From positions 12,152 to 76,151 of the forward strand of contig JBBABX010000001.1 of NCBI GenBank assembly GCA_041657405.1: DNA of 64,000 bases, in the 5' to 3' direction. A program made the position numbers and the translations under genes. Positions 53,619 to 64,000 of the stretch are shown here, piece by piece. Numbering within the stretch: the first letter of the stretch is position 1; every line of letters begins with the position of its first letter. The notes beneath the pieces are model-generated. The model had not been told where the DNA came from. It searched no databases and saw only the letters and a program-made list of their open reading frames with translations. Origin of the DNA: Minisyncoccota bacterium. GTDB taxonomy: Bacteria; Patescibacteriota; Minisyncoccia; Phycocordibacterales; XYD1-FULL-46-19.

Positions 53619-55871
53619 ATGAGAAAACGAAAAAAAAATCAAACTAAAAGAGAAGCCAGGAGTTCCGCCAGAGAAAGAGAATATGATGACCAATCAAGAG
53701 CCAACCTAAAAGACGAGACTAAAAAAGCAATCCTTGCAGTGATATTTTTTGCTAGCTCCATATTTTTTATTCTTTCTTGCTTTGATATTGCCGGACCAGC
53801 CGGACAAATAATTTACAATCTTTTCTATAAATTATTTGGCAATGGTGCTCTCTTGTTGCCAATCCTTTTGATTCTTTTGGGAGTCTATCTGCTTCGTTCA
53901 TTAAAGTTCAGTTTGTCATTTAGTCGTATTGTTGGCGGTTTAATATTTTTTTTGGCCAGCTTGGGAATAATCCAGACCATTGTCGGCGAGACCAGCGGAG
54001 GTGTTATTGGCAAGCTTCTGGCTTCTCCGCTTTTACGTTATTTTGATTTTTATGCTAGTTTAATATTTTTGGCAGCCCTGATTCTTATTTCTCTGATTAT
54101 CACTTTTGATTCCCATCAAATTCTTGGATTTGGTTTATGGCAAAAATTCTTCAAGAAAAAGATTGGCGAAGAAGATGAGGACGAAATGGAAACGACCAAA
54201 TTAGATTATTCGGAACAAGAAATGTTGACCGAAAAAGACAAAAAAGAAACAGAACCCGAAAAAGAAAAACAAGAAAAAGAGGAACCAAAAGAAATCAAAA
54301 TAAAAGATAGTGGTTTATTAAGCGGAGTTTCTTTTTTCAACAAAAAAACAAAAACCGGAGCCTTTACTCCTCCACCAATATCTTTGCTTGAGCAAGACAG
54401 TGGCAAACCGAATGCCGGCGATATCAAGGCTAATGCCAACATCATCAAGCGCACTCTTTCTAACTTTGGAATTAGTGTCGAGATGGATGAAGTTTCAATT
54501 GGTCCAACAGTTACTCGTTATGCCCTCAAGCCAGCCGAAGGAATGAAACTCTCACGAATAGTCGCCTTACAAAACGATTTGGCTCTTTCTTTGGCCGCCC
54601 ACCCACTTCGGATAGAAGCACCTATTCCTGGTAAATCCTTAGTCGGAATTGAAATCCCAAACAAAATTAAAGCAACTATCCGCCTAGCTTCCTTGCTCTC
54701 TTCCAATGACTTTACAGAATCACATCACCCACTCTATGTGGCGTTGGGTCGCGACATCTCCGGTCAACCACGCTTTACCAATATCGCCAAAGCGCCTCAT
54801 TTATTGATTGCTGGCGCAACTGGTTCAGGTAAATCAGTCACCATTCACACAATTATCACCTCTCTTCTTTACCGTAATCAACCAGAAAAAATGCGTTTTA
54901 TTATGATTGACCCCAAGCGCGTTGAACTTACTCTCTACAATAAAATCCCTCATCTTTTAACACCAGTCATTACTGACTCCAAAAAGGCCATCGCGGCTCT
55001 TCGGTGGTTAGCCAAAGAAATGGATCGCCGTTACGATATCTTGGAAGCTGAGGCTGTCCGCGATATCCAGTCTTACCACAAAAACGTAGTCAATCCGGCC
55101 TTGGCAAAAGCTGAGAAAGAAACAACAACTGCCGATAAAGAGACCCCAGAAGCTGAGGAAATTGAACAAATGCCTTATATTGTGGTTATTATTGACGAAT
55201 TGGCTGATATTATGACTGCTTACCCGCGTGAATTAGAAGCTGCCATCGTGCGTTTGGCTCAAATGTCTCGAGCTGTCGGAATTCATTTGGTTTTGTCCAC
55301 CCAGCGACCATCAGTAGAAGTTATTACCGGTTTGATTAAAGCCAATATTCCCTCTCGAATTGCACTTCAAGTTGCTTCACAAATTGACTCGCGAACTATC
55401 TTGGATATGGCAGGAGCTGAAAAACTCCTAGGGGCTGGTGATATGCTTTATATCTCTGGCGAAATGTCCAAACCTGTTCGTATTCAATCGGCTTTTATTT
55501 CTGAAGACGAAGTAAAGAGAGTCTCAACCTACTTAGCTAAACACTACGCTGACAATCCCCCATTAGATTTAAATTTGGGAACCGAAGGAACTAACGGTGG
55601 CTCACCTTTGTTCAATGCTTCTTTTGGCGAAAGTGACACTGATGATGAATTATATGAAGACGCCAGAGAAGCTGTTATCCAAGCTGGTAAAGCTTCTGCC
55701 TCTTACCTTCAACGTAAATTAAAAGTCGGTTATGCTCGTGCCGCCCGTCTATTGGATATGCTGGAAGAACGTGGAGTAATTGGTCCAGGGGAAGGAGCTA
55801 AGCCGCGAGAAGTTTATAATAGCCAAGAAGCAATGTTAACAGACGAAACCACCAGCGATGATATGCTATAA
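53619..55871 (+). CDS. ftsK: DNA translocase FtsK/SpoIIIE
   Basis: 4 TM, PHLLIAGATGSGKS, IDELAD, gamma domain LQRKLKVGYARAARL. Confidence 0.97.
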   Translation: MRKRKKNQTKREARSSAREREYDDQSRANLKDETKKAILAVIFFASSIFFILSCFDIAGPAGQIIYNLFYKLFGNGALLLPILLILLGVYLLRSLKFSLSFSRIVGGLIFFLASLGIIQTIVGETSGGVIGKLLASPLLRYFDFYASLIFLAALILISLIITFDSHQILGFGLWQKFFKKKIGEEDEDEMETTKLDYSEQEMLTEKDKKETEPEKEKQEKEEPKEIKIKDSGLLSGVSFFNKKTKTGAFTPPPISLLEQDSGKPNAGDIKANANIIKRTLSNFGISVEMDEVSIGPTVTRYALKPAEGMKLSRIVALQNDLALSLAAHPLRIEAPIPGKSLVGIEIPNKIKATIRLASLLSSNDFTESHHPLYVALGRDISGQPRFTNIAKAPHLLIAGATGSGKSVTIHTIITSLLYRNQPEKMRFIMIDPKRVELTLYNKIPHLLTPVITDSKKAIAALRWLAKEMDRRYDILEAEAVRDIQSYHKNVVNPALAKAEKETTTADKETPEAEEIEQMPYIVVIIDELADIMTAYPRELEAAIVRLAQMSRAVGIHLVLSTQRPSVEVITGLIKANIPSRIALQVASQIDSRTILDMAGAEKLLGAGDMLYISGEMSKPVRIQSAFISEDEVKRVSTYLAKHYADNPPLDLNLGTEGTNGGSPLFNASFGESDTDDELYEDAREAVIQAGKASASYLQRKLKVGYARAARLLDMLEERGVIGPGEGAKPREVYNSQEAMLTDETTSDDML

Positions 55872-55882
55872 TTAAAAAGAAA

Positions 55883-56242
55883 ATGACTCCAAAATTAAAA
55901 GAAAAAATATCCGCTAAAACTATTGTCGTTTTTTTAATTGTAGCGATTATTTTGATTTATTCCAGTCTAAAGTTTAAAGACTTGATTTCCGGACCAGAGA
56001 TTGTTCTCTACTCCCCTAATGACGGTTCTAGTTTGGAAGATGAGTTGATAAATATCAAGGGTCGCGCTGACCGCATCACTAAGATATATCTAAATGGTCG
56101 CAAAATTTTTACTGACCAAAATGGCAATTTTGAAGAATCTTTGCTTCTTTCTAATGGTTATAATTTTTTTGAGCTAAAAGCAGAAGACAAGTTTGGTCGC
56201 GAGATAGTAAAAAAGTTGCAGTTGGTATATGACAAGAGTTAA
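55883..56242 (+). CDS. Small membrane-anchored Ig-like domain protein
   Basis: N-terminal TM; LNG...G.F...L.L..GYN...L.A.D.FG. Confidence 0.7.
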   Translation: MTPKLKEKISAKTIVVFLIVAIILIYSSLKFKDLISGPEIVLYSPNDGSSLEDELINIKGRADRITKIYLNGRKIFTDQNGNFEESLLLSNGYNFFELKAEDKFGREIVKKLQLVYDKS

Positions 56243-56346
56243 ACAGACCCCCTAAAAAAGAGATTACAAACAAATTAAGTTTAAAAACTGATAATTAAAA
56301 AATTGTTTTTAAACTTAAATAATTCACAAATTGACATTTTACAATT

Positions 56347-57420
56347 ATGGCAAAGAAAATAAGAGAGAAGAAAACAACAGGTAGCGATATTATTGACACC
56401 ATAAAAGCCATCCAAAGCAAATTTGGCGATGAAGCGATTATGAAACTTGGCGATAAACCCAAGGTCGGCATCGACGCTGTGCCAACTGGCTCCCTTGCCC
56501 TTGACGCTGCTTTGGGAGTCGGCGGAGTCCCCCGTGGTAGAATTGTGGAAATATTTGGACCAGAATCTTCTGGTAAAACCACTTTGGCCTTGCATATTGT
56601 AGCTCAAGCTCAGAAAAATGGCGGAATTTGTGCTTTTATTGATGCTGAACACGCCCTTGACCCAGAATACTCCAAGCGAATAGGCGTTCAAGTAGAAGAC
56701 TTGCTTATCTCTCAACCAGATTACGGAGAACAAGCCTTAGAAATCGCCGAGAGTTTGGTTCGTTCTGGCAAACTTGATGTAGTTGTTATAGATTCTGTCG
56801 CCGCCCTCACCCCTAAAGATGAGATTGAAGGCGATGTTGGTGAATATCACGTCGGCAAACAAGCACGTTTAATGTCACAAGCCCTGCGTAAGATGACTTC
56901 TATTGTTGGTCGCAGTAAAACGGTGGTAATTTTTATCAACCAGATTCGTATGCAAATCGGCGTAATGTTTGGAAACCCAGAGACCACTCCAGGCGGAAAG
57001 GCTTTAAAATTTTATTCTTCAGTTCGTTTAGACGTTCGCCGAATTGCTCAAATAAAAAAAGGTGATGAAGTAATCGGCGGACGAATCAGAGTCAAGGTAG
57101 TAAAAAATAAAGTGGCGGCGCCATTTCGTCAAGCCGAATTTGACCTTCTTTATCGAGAAGGAATCTCTCCCGAAGGAGAGCTTTTGGCCATTGGGGAAAA
57201 ATACGGTTTAATCAAAAAATCAGGCGCTTCTTATTCTTATACCCCGGACAACAAAACTGCTCACGAAATAAAGTTGGGTCGCGGTTATGACGCCGCCAGA
57301 CAATATTTAAGGGGAAACCAAGATTTGAAACAAGAAATAATGGAAAAAGTAAAAGAGGAACTCTTAAATACCGAGGACGATTCCAACGAAGAACCGATCG
57401 GCCCGAGTAAGGAAGAATAA
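56347..57420 (+). CDS. recA: Recombinase RecA
   Basis: [28 protein letters not shown]. Confidence 0.99.
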   Translation: MAKKIREKKTTGSDIIDTIKAIQSKFGDEAIMKLGDKPKVGIDAVPTGSLALDAALGVGGVPRGRIVEIFGPESSGKTTLALHIVAQAQKNGGICAFIDAEHALDPEYSKRIGVQVEDLLISQPDYGEQALEIAESLVRSGKLDVVVIDSVAALTPKDEIEGDVGEYHVGKQARLMSQALRKMTSIVGRSKTVVIFINQIRMQIGVMFGNPETTPGGKALKFYSSVRLDVRRIAQIKKGDEVIGGRIRVKVVKNKVAAPFRQAEFDLLYREGISPEGELLAIGEKYGLIKKSGASYSYTPDNKTAHEIKLGRGYDAARQYLRGNQDLKQEIMEKVKEELLNTEDDSNEEPIGPSKEE

Positions 57421-57487
57421 AAAAATTAATTAATTATTATTCCTAAAACTGGACAATTTAAATTATTTTAGTTAGTATCTGAAAATT

Positions 57488-58051
57488 ATGTTGGAATATA
57501 ATGAAATAAAACCAAGAAAATTTATCGTGTTTGAAGGAGAGCCTTTTGAGATTTTGACTTCTCATGTTTTTCGCAAACAACAACGGAAACCAATCAATGC
57601 CGTCAAAATGCGCAATTTGGTCACCGGTAAAGTCATTGAAAACTCTTTCCACCAAAGCGAAAAAGTTGAGGAAGCAGAGTTGGAACGTCGACCTATTAAA
57701 TATCTTTATGAAAATCGCGGACAATATTGGTTTTCCGAAGCAGACAACCCAAGCAAACGTTTTGAAATCCCCGCCGAAACAGTGACAGATAAAATAAAAT
57801 TTATCCGACAAAATGAAGTGATTGAAATATTATCCTTTGACGGCAAAGCCTTGGGAATAGAAGTGCCAATCAAGGTAGAATTAAAGGTGACAGATGCTCC
57901 CCCGACCATTAAAGGCAACACCGCTCAAGGAGGTCTAAAGCAAATCACCTTAGAAACTGGTCTTGTCATCAACGCGCCAATGTTTATCAACGAAGGCGAC
58001 ATCGTAAGAGTAAACACTGAAACCAAAGAATACGTAGAAAGAGTTAATTGA
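57488..58051 (+). CDS. efp: Elongation factor P
   Basis: PTIKGNTA, LETGL.I.APMFI..GD.VRVNT....YVER. Confidence 0.95.
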   Translation: MLEYNEIKPRKFIVFEGEPFEILTSHVFRKQQRKPINAVKMRNLVTGKVIENSFHQSEKVEEAELERRPIKYLYENRGQYWFSEADNPSKRFEIPAETVTDKIKFIRQNEVIEILSFDGKALGIEVPIKVELKVTDAPPTIKGNTAQGGLKQITLETGLVINAPMFINEGDIVRVNTETKEYVERVN

Positions 58052-58071
58052 TTCTTTTTAAGCTATTTTTT

Positions 58072-58100
58072 AAACGCTCCAGACGGATGATGAAGCGTTT
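58072..58100. repeat. Dispersed hairpin with conserved loop GACGGATGA, copy 2
   Basis: aaacgctcca-gacggatga-tgaagcgttt. Confidence 0.6.
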
Positions 58101-58122
58101 ATTTTATAAAAAATGAAAAATC

Positions 58123-58150
58123 AAAAAAAAACGCTTAGAAGCGTTTTTTT
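58123..58150. terminator. Bidirectional terminator between efp and rpsR
   Basis: A-tract-cgct-taga-agcg-T-tract between convergent genes. Confidence 0.6.
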
Positions 58151-58176
58151 ATCTTTCTTATTTTTTAAAAACAAGA

Positions 58177-58386
58177 CTAACCTTCAATAAAAGGCAAGAG
58201 AGCCAAAAAACGAGCTTGTTTTATTGCCGCGGCTAATTGTCGCTGATGTTTGGCGCAAACACCAGTCCGTCGATGTTTATTGATGCGTCCATGCGTATCC
58301 AAAAAACCTTTTAGGGTTTCTATATCTTTGTAGTTAACACTCTTAGCCTTACCGGTGCAGAAATGACATTGTTTGTTTATAATCAT
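58177..58386 (-). CDS. rpsR: 30S ribosomal protein S18 (zinc-binding form)
   Basis: CHFC, RRTGVCAKHQR.LA.AIK.AR..ALLP. Confidence 0.97.
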   Translation of the reverse strand: MIINKQCHFCTGKAKSVNYKDIETLKGFLDTHGRINKHRRTGVCAKHQRQLAAAIKQARFLALLPFIEG

Positions 58387-58417
58387 AAAATAAATAGGTA
58401 TTTTCTAAATTCTAATT

Positions 58418-58888
58418 TTAAAATGGAATATCGTCTGGATTAATTTCTTCTTCTGGATATTGAATCGTCTCTAATTCAGAAGAAGATGGCGTTGGCACAT
58501 TTCCAGTTCCAGCCTTTTCAGTTGGGGTAGATTGTCCAAATTCAGACGAAGAACTACCTTCGCGTTTGGGGCCAAATTGGAAATTGTCAATAATTACTTC
58601 CGTGCGATATTTTTTACTGCCATCTGATGCATCCCAGCTTCTAGTTTGCATCCGACCTTCAACCATAATATTACTCCCCTTTCTCATATATTGAGCAATT
58701 GTTTCAGCTTGAGGACCAAAAGCCACACAATTGTGAAATTGAGTATCTTCTTGTCTAACACCATTTTTGTCTTTCCAATAACGAGTGGTGGCAACCGCAA
58801 AATTAACGACTGTTGCTCCCGATGGCAAAGCCCTTCTTTCGGGGTCACGGGTCAAATTTCCAATAATGAAAGCTTTATTTAAATACAT
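58418..58888 (-). CDS. ssb: Single-stranded DNA-binding protein
   Basis: IGNLTRDPE, C-terminal DDIPF. Confidence 0.98.
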   Translation of the reverse strand: MYLNKAFIIGNLTRDPERRALPSGATVVNFAVATTRYWKDKNGVRQEDTQFHNCVAFGPQAETIAQYMRKGSNIMVEGRMQTRSWDASDGSKKYRTEVIIDNFQFGPKREGSSSSEFGQSTPTEKAGTGNVPTPSSSELETIQYPEEEINPDDIPF

Positions 58889-58898
58889 ATATTAATGA

Positions 58899-59426
58899 TT
58901 AATTAGCAGGCTCTTCAAGTAACTCATTAATTTCTTTGTCTATATCTTCTTTAGACATTTCCTGATTTTTTTCTGGTTCCTCTTCTTTTTCCCGTCTTTC
59001 AATTTCAAAAGGCTGAGCTTGAGTTTCTCGGCGTTGATAAGTTCTCTTGGGAATAATGATTGTTTCTTCGTCTTTGGGCATATTGATAATAAGATAACGA
59101 ATTATTTTATTATCTTTATCTAAATTTCCTTTCAACGTTACTAATTTGTCAGGCATAAGTTTAAAGCGCAGAGCCCCAAAATAAGCATCATTGAAACGTT
59201 CCTTTTTGTTAGAAATATTCTTTTTAATGGTATAAGCTAAACGAATCATTGAAGGATTCATTTCGCTAGTAATCAAACCACCAAGTTCGTCAATTAAAAC
59301 TTTTAAAATTTGAGTAATATTTTCAGCCAAGGCATCTTGAGGAATAATCGGGGTCAAAAGATACCCAATTTCATAAATCCTTGGTTCTTGTTGGTCTAAA
59401 TTTTCATCTTTTACTGTTTCATCCAT
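58899..59426 (-). CDS. rpsF: 30S ribosomal protein S6
   Basis: YEIGYLL.P, LAYTIKK, IIRYLII; rpsF-ssb-rpsR order. Confidence 0.9.
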   Translation of the reverse strand: MDETVKDENLDQQEPRIYEIGYLLTPIIPQDALAENITQILKVLIDELGGLITSEMNPSMIRLAYTIKKNISNKKERFNDAYFGALRFKLMPDKLVTLKGNLDKDNKIIRYLIINMPKDEETIIIPKRTYQRRETQAQPFEIERREKEEEPEKNQEMSKEDIDKEINELLEEPAN

Positions 59427-59508
59427 ACAGGGGTCATATTATCAACTTGTAAGCCAAAAGTCAAACAATTAAACGCTAAAAGGGGTTTTGCCCCTTTACC
59501 GTAAAATT

Positions 59509-60315
59509 TTATATCTTATAAAAATTCTTAGCGTTCTTAACCAAAGTAGAAAGAACTTCTTCTTTTAGTTCAGATCTTAAATCAGCTATTTTTTCAGCCA
59601 CATATTTAACATAAGCAGGCTCGTTCCGTTTGCCCCTAAAAGGAATTGGAGAAGCAAAAGGAGCGTCGGTTTCAGATAAAAGACGCTGAAGCGGAATTTT
59701 TTGAATAATTTCATTATATTGTTCAGAAAAAGTTATCACTCCTGAAAAAGATAAATACCCTCCTAAAGTTAAAAATTTTTGCGCGATTGACCAATCGCCG
59801 GCAAAAAAATGTATGTTAAAAATCGGCAATTTTTTTACCTGAGAGTATTCCTCCAAAATATCAAACAAATCTTCGTAGGCATCCATAGTATTTATTGACG
59901 GCCGACAATGAATCATCAAGGGTTTTTGGACAGTTTGGGCCAAATTAATATGTTTTTTAAATAATTCTTTTTGGATTGCATTATTTTTTATTTCATTTTG
60001 GTGAAAATAGTCAAGACCGCATTCACCGATCGCGACAACTTTTGAGTTATCAGCCAAAAGTTCAATTTGGTTAAAATCATCCGCGTTGCCATCTGTTGGA
60101 TGTAAACCCACCGAACAAAAACCGACAACACCAAAATAATCAGTCTGCGCAATGGCTTCTTGGGATGATTTTAAGTCGGTTGCAATATTAACGAAACCAA
60201 CACCTGCTTTTAAAGCCCTATCCCCCGCTTCGCGCCAATCTTTTTCAAATTGGAAACTTAAGTGGGTGTGAACATCAAAATAAGAAAAGGAGTTATGATT
60301 GTGAAATTTGAGCAT
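59509..60315 (-). CDS. tatD: TatD-family deoxyribonuclease
   Basis: DVHTH, GLHP, AIGECGLDY, ETDAPF. Confidence 0.95.
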   Translation of the reverse strand: MLKFHNHNSFSYFDVHTHLSFQFEKDWREAGDRALKAGVGFVNIATDLKSSQEAIAQTDYFGVVGFCSVGLHPTDGNADDFNQIELLADNSKVVAIGECGLDYFHQNEIKNNAIQKELFKKHINLAQTVQKPLMIHCRPSINTMDAYEDLFDILEEYSQVKKLPIFNIHFFAGDWSIAQKFLTLGGYLSFSGVITFSEQYNEIIQKIPLQRLLSETDAPFASPIPFRGKRNEPAYVKYVAEKIADLRSELKEEVLSTLVKNAKNFYKI

Positions 60316-60333
60316 AAAAACCTAAAAGAATTT

Positions 60334-61803
60334 TTATTTCCGAACAAATAAGGACTCTGGCATTTGATTAAGTAGAATTGATTGTTTAATTTTTGCAGCA
60401 GTCGCTGGTAAAAATGGCGATAACATCACCGACAAACGTGCCAATCGAAAAATTAAAGTTCTAACTATTTTACGCGCTGCTTCTGGCTCTTTCTTGAAAA
60501 GTTTAAAGGGTTCGCGTTCTTGAATTTCTCGATCCATCTCGCCAATTTCACGCCACAAGACATTAGCGGCTCGATTTAAATCATAAGCCGTCAAAGCATC
60601 GTTGTATTGCTCCCAAACACTTGAAATATTGCCTACCAACGAGATAACCGATGCAAAAGTATCTTCAGTCGCTATTGGTTCAACAAAATAATTTTGAGAC
60701 ATTTTCATAATTCGAGCCGTCAAATTGCCTAAACCATTGGCTAAATTGGCATTATAAGTTTCTCGGAACTTGTCCCAAGTAAAATCACTGTCTTCAAAAT
60801 TAGAAAACTCACGCGCCACATAGTAACGAAAGGCATCTATTCCATATTCTTTGACAACCTCAAGAGGACTAATAACATTACCAAGACTTTTACTCATTTT
60901 TTGCCCTTCGCTAGTAATAAAACCTTCAACAATAACTGCCTTAGAAAGAGGCAAGTCGGCAGACATAAGCATTGCTTGCCACATCGCCGCCTGTTGCCGC
61001 AAATTATCCTTGCCACAATATTGGACAGGTCCACCAGATTCTAACCACCAACGTCGAAATTGTTCTTCGTCATCAGGCCAACCAACCGCGGTCAAGTAAT
61101 TAACTAAGGCATCAAACCACACATACATCACATGATCAGGATCATCTGGCACTGGAATACCCCAAGGCATTTTACTGGCTAACCGCGAGATACTAAAATC
61201 ATTTAAACCAGAAGAGACAAAAGTTCTTATTTCGTTCAAGCGACTTTGGGGCAAAACAAAATTGGGGTTCTTGTCATACAAGTCAAGTAAAGCTTTTTGA
61301 TATTTTGAAAATCTAAAAAAATAATTTTCTTCCTCGGTAATTTGCAAATCTAAATTAGGATGAAATGGACATCTGCCATTTTCTAATTCAGAATCCTGTT
61401 TTTCCAATTCGCAACCAACGCAATATTTTATTTTGTAAAATTTTTTGTAGATATCGCCATTATTCTGACAACGACGCCAAAATTCCTGTGCCGCCCGAAG
61501 ATGGCGTTGATCAGTTGTTCTGATAAAGTTTAAGTCCGGCAATAAATTAAGTAGGTCTTTTAAATTTTTGAACTTTTCCGCCCAATCATCAACATAGGCT
61601 TGAGGAGTTTTACCTTCAGCGACAGCTTTTTGATAAATTTTTTGCCCGTGTTCATCAGTGCCAGTATTAAAAAAAACTTCGTCCCCCAAAAGACGACGCC
61701 AACGGGCAAAAATATCCGCCCGCACTATCTCCATCGCAAAACCGATATGAGGCGCCGAGTTTACGTATGGCAAGGTGGTAGTAATGTAAAATTTAGGAGG
61801 CAT
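60334..61803 (-). CDS. metG: Methionine--tRNA ligase (short form)
   Basis: YVNSAPHIG, GTDEHGQK, YVWFDALVNY, KMSKS; start trimmed to MPPKFY. Confidence 0.96.
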   Translation of the reverse strand: MPPKFYITTTLPYVNSAPHIGFAMEIVRADIFARWRRLLGDEVFFNTGTDEHGQKIYQKAVAEGKTPQAYVDDWAEKFKNLKDLLNLLPDLNFIRTTDQRHLRAAQEFWRRCQNNGDIYKKFYKIKYCVGCELEKQDSELENGRCPFHPNLDLQITEEENYFFRFSKYQKALLDLYDKNPNFVLPQSRLNEIRTFVSSGLNDFSISRLASKMPWGIPVPDDPDHVMYVWFDALVNYLTAVGWPDDEEQFRRWWLESGGPVQYCGKDNLRQQAAMWQAMLMSADLPLSKAVIVEGFITSEGQKMSKSLGNVISPLEVVKEYGIDAFRYYVAREFSNFEDSDFTWDKFRETYNANLANGLGNLTARIMKMSQNYFVEPIATEDTFASVISLVGNISSVWEQYNDALTAYDLNRAANVLWREIGEMDREIQEREPFKLFKKEPEAARKIVRTLIFRLARLSVMLSPFLPATAAKIKQSILLNQMPESLFVRK

Positions 61804-62842
61804 TACCAACGTGTTTTTTACGTTTTTCAATATCGTTGACATACTCCATCAACAAGGTGGTCGCCGGCACTGCCAAAATCATTCCCAAAAAACCAGCCAG
61901 CTCATAACCAACTATCAAAGAAATAATAACAATAATCGGATTTAAACCAATAACTTTTTTCATAACCAAAGGATACAGTAGATGATTTTCAAATTGCTGA
62001 ACTATAATATAAAAACCAATAACCATTAAACCAAGAGTAAAGTTGTCCGAGAAACCCAAAACCACCGCTGGCACCGCTGAGAGCACTGGTCCAAAAACCG
62101 GAATCAATTCTAACAATCCGGCGACGATAGCCAAGAGCAAAGCATATCTTATGCCAAAAAGCATCAGGCCAATGTAGACCATTGGTCCAACGATGAGTCC
62201 TAGCAATAATTGACCTTGAATCCAGCGCCCAATTTTTACTTCTGTTCGTTGCCATAAATTAATCATATATTCCTCTTGTTTGACAGGAGTGATAACTCGC
62301 AGAAAATTTTCCACCCCATTTTTTTGAACAGCTAGATAGAATGAAATAACTATAACCAAGACAAAACTAACAATGCCGTTAAATAAAGCTTTGAATAAAT
62401 CATAAATATTGCCAGGGATTGGTGAATCCAAAAGACCATGAGAAATTACTTCCTGAATAGAAAATTCTGTCGTCAAACCATCAGAAAAAGAAACGATAGA
62501 ATTCCAGGCTGAATTTTCACTAATAAAAGTATTTATTTGTTTGGGCAAAGTGTGAGTCAAGCTGGTAACATCTTGGAAAATTGGTGGCACAAAGAAATAG
62601 AAAACAAAAAATAAGAGCAAGAAAGATAAGACATAAACCACCAATACTCCGATTACACGTGGCAAACGAAAACGCGATAGCCAAGTCGCCGCCGGGTCAA
62701 CCGCTGAAGCGATAACAACAGCTGTTAATAACGCCAAAAAAATATCACGCAAAAAATAAATAAGAGCAAAAATCATCACGGCAATTGAAATCTTTAAAAT
62801 TACCGCCAAACTGATATTAAGATTGAATTCTTTAGCTTCCAT
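61793..62842 (-). CDS. AI-2E family (PerM/UPF0118) transporter
   Basis: IPVFGP, QQFENHLLYP, GMILAVP. Confidence 0.92.
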   Translation of the reverse strand: MEAKEFNLNISLAVILKISIAVMIFALIYFLRDIFLALLTAVVIASAVDPAATWLSRFRLPRVIGVLVVYVLSFLLLFFVFYFFVPPIFQDVTSLTHTLPKQINTFISENSAWNSIVSFSDGLTTEFSIQEVISHGLLDSPIPGNIYDLFKALFNGIVSFVLVIVISFYLAVQKNGVENFLRVITPVKQEEYMINLWQRTEVKIGRWIQGQLLLGLIVGPMVYIGLMLFGIRYALLLAIVAGLLELIPVFGPVLSAVPAVVLGFSDNFTLGLMVIGFYIIVQQFENHLLYPLVMKKVIGLNPIIVIISLIVGYELAGFLGMILAVPATTLLMEYVNDIEKRKKHVGNAS

Positions 62843-63063
62843 AAATTTAATTATATCACGAATTCTCAAGAATAGTCACTTTCAGTTTTAGTGACAAATT
62901 TTCCAGGCAATAACTCTTTATCACAATTTATTTTTTGAATGTCTCAAAATAATTTTTAAACCCTTAACCAGAGTTACTGTTTGAGAAATCACAAATTAAA
63001 ACTAACATTCAAAACCAACTCTGTCAAAACTAAAATCAACTAAGTTTAACATCAACCAGTATC

Positions 63064-64000
63064 TTAAAAATTCTTACTAGAGAAAAAAGAAAACAATTCC
63101 GATTCTCCAATTCTTTCTTGATTTCCAGTATCGCGGTCCCGAATCGTAACTGAACCATTAATTAAGGTATCAAAGTCTACCGTTAGACAGTAAGGGGTTC
63201 CAATTTCATCTTGTCGACGATAACGTTTGCCGATATTACCATTATCATCAAAAACAATCGGCTGAATTTTTTCGTTTAATTTTTGAAAAATTTCCCTTGC
63301 CTTGGCAACCAGTTCCGGTTTATTTCTCAAGAGTGGGAAAACCGCTACTTTGATCGGCGCAAGATTAGCCTTAAGTCGGAGAAAAACTCTTGACTCCCCC
63401 CCCATCTCATCTTCTGTATAAGCATCACTTAAGACTGCCAAAACCAAACGACCAACTCCACCCGATGATTCTATAATATGTGGAACAAATTTTTCACCAC
63501 TCTCTGGATCTTGGTAAGACAAGTCTTTACCGGAGCCTTTAGAATGCTGAGTTAAGTCATAATTACCACGCGCATGAATTCCTTCCATCTCATCAAAACC
63601 CCAGGGATAATTATACTCAATGTCATAAGCCTCTTTGGCATAAAAAACTAAATTATCATGCTTTTTCCAACGCAAATTTTCTTTTTTTAAACCAAGATCA
63701 ATAATCGCTTGCCAACGATATTCACGAAGTTTTTCATACTCTAACATTTCTTGATCAGGATGAATAAAATATTGCATTTCCATTTGTTCAAATTCACGCG
63801 CCCTAAATAAAAATTGCCTAGGGGCTATTTCGTTTCGAAAAGCCTTGCCAATTTGCGCAATACCAAAAGGCAATTTCTTGTGGGTTGAATCTAAAACATT
63901 TTTAAAATTAACGTAAATACCCTGACAAGTTTCGCCTCTCAAATAAGAGGGGTTGTCAGCCCCCGACTCGGTAAAATCGCCTAAATTTGATTTTACTAAC
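63064..64000 (-). CDS. glyS: Glycine--tRNA ligase, homodimeric type, C-terminal part (starts beyond window)
   Basis: LRGETCQGI, GKAFRNEI, REFEQME, IGKRYRRQDEIGTP. Confidence 0.95.
   Translation of the reverse strand, partial: LVKSNLGDFTESGADNPSYLRGETCQGIYVNFKNVLDSTHKKLPFGIAQIGKAFRNEIAPRQFLFRAREFEQMEMQYFIHPDQEMLEYEKLREYRWQAIIDLGLKKENLRWKKHDNLVFYAKEAYDIEYNYPWGFDEMEGIHARGNYDLTQHSKGSGKDLSYQDPESGEKFVPHIIESSGGVGRLVLAVLSDAYTEDEMGGESRVFLRLKANLAPIKVAVFPLLRNKPELVAKAREIFQKLNEKIQPIVFDDNGNIGKRYRRQDEIGTPYCLTVDFDTLINGSVTIRDRDTGNQERIGESELFSFFSSKNF

Overview
AT-rich chromosome segment of a Patescibacteria (CPR, Parcubacteria-like) bacterium, standard code, genes mostly on the minus strand. It holds a surface-glycan cluster (1-13.9 kb), murC/murD, secDF, folD, rodA, rplJL, ftsK, recA, efp, rpsF-ssb-rpsR, tatD, metG and glyS, unlinked 16S and 23S-5S genes, tRNA-Ile, an S-layer-like gene and a REP-associated tyrosine transposase. 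Main unusual signals: (1) two GC-rich paralogous cassettes whose C-termini look like diversity-generating retroelement (DGR) variable regions, with no RT or template repeat in the window; (2) a 16S rRNA without the anti-Shine-Dalgarno, leaderless-type starts on housekeeping genes, and perfect SD motifs confined to small self-contained orphan cassettes; (3) a REP palindrome family flanking the transposase, with a doublet translated in frame inside murD; (4) a G10-T-G10 frameshifting tract upstream of a phospholipase C-like gene; (5) three hairpin insertions in 23S rRNA; (6) an rrn-type boxA-like 15-mer in the S-layer gene leader. All calls come from reading the sequence by eye; no searches were run.
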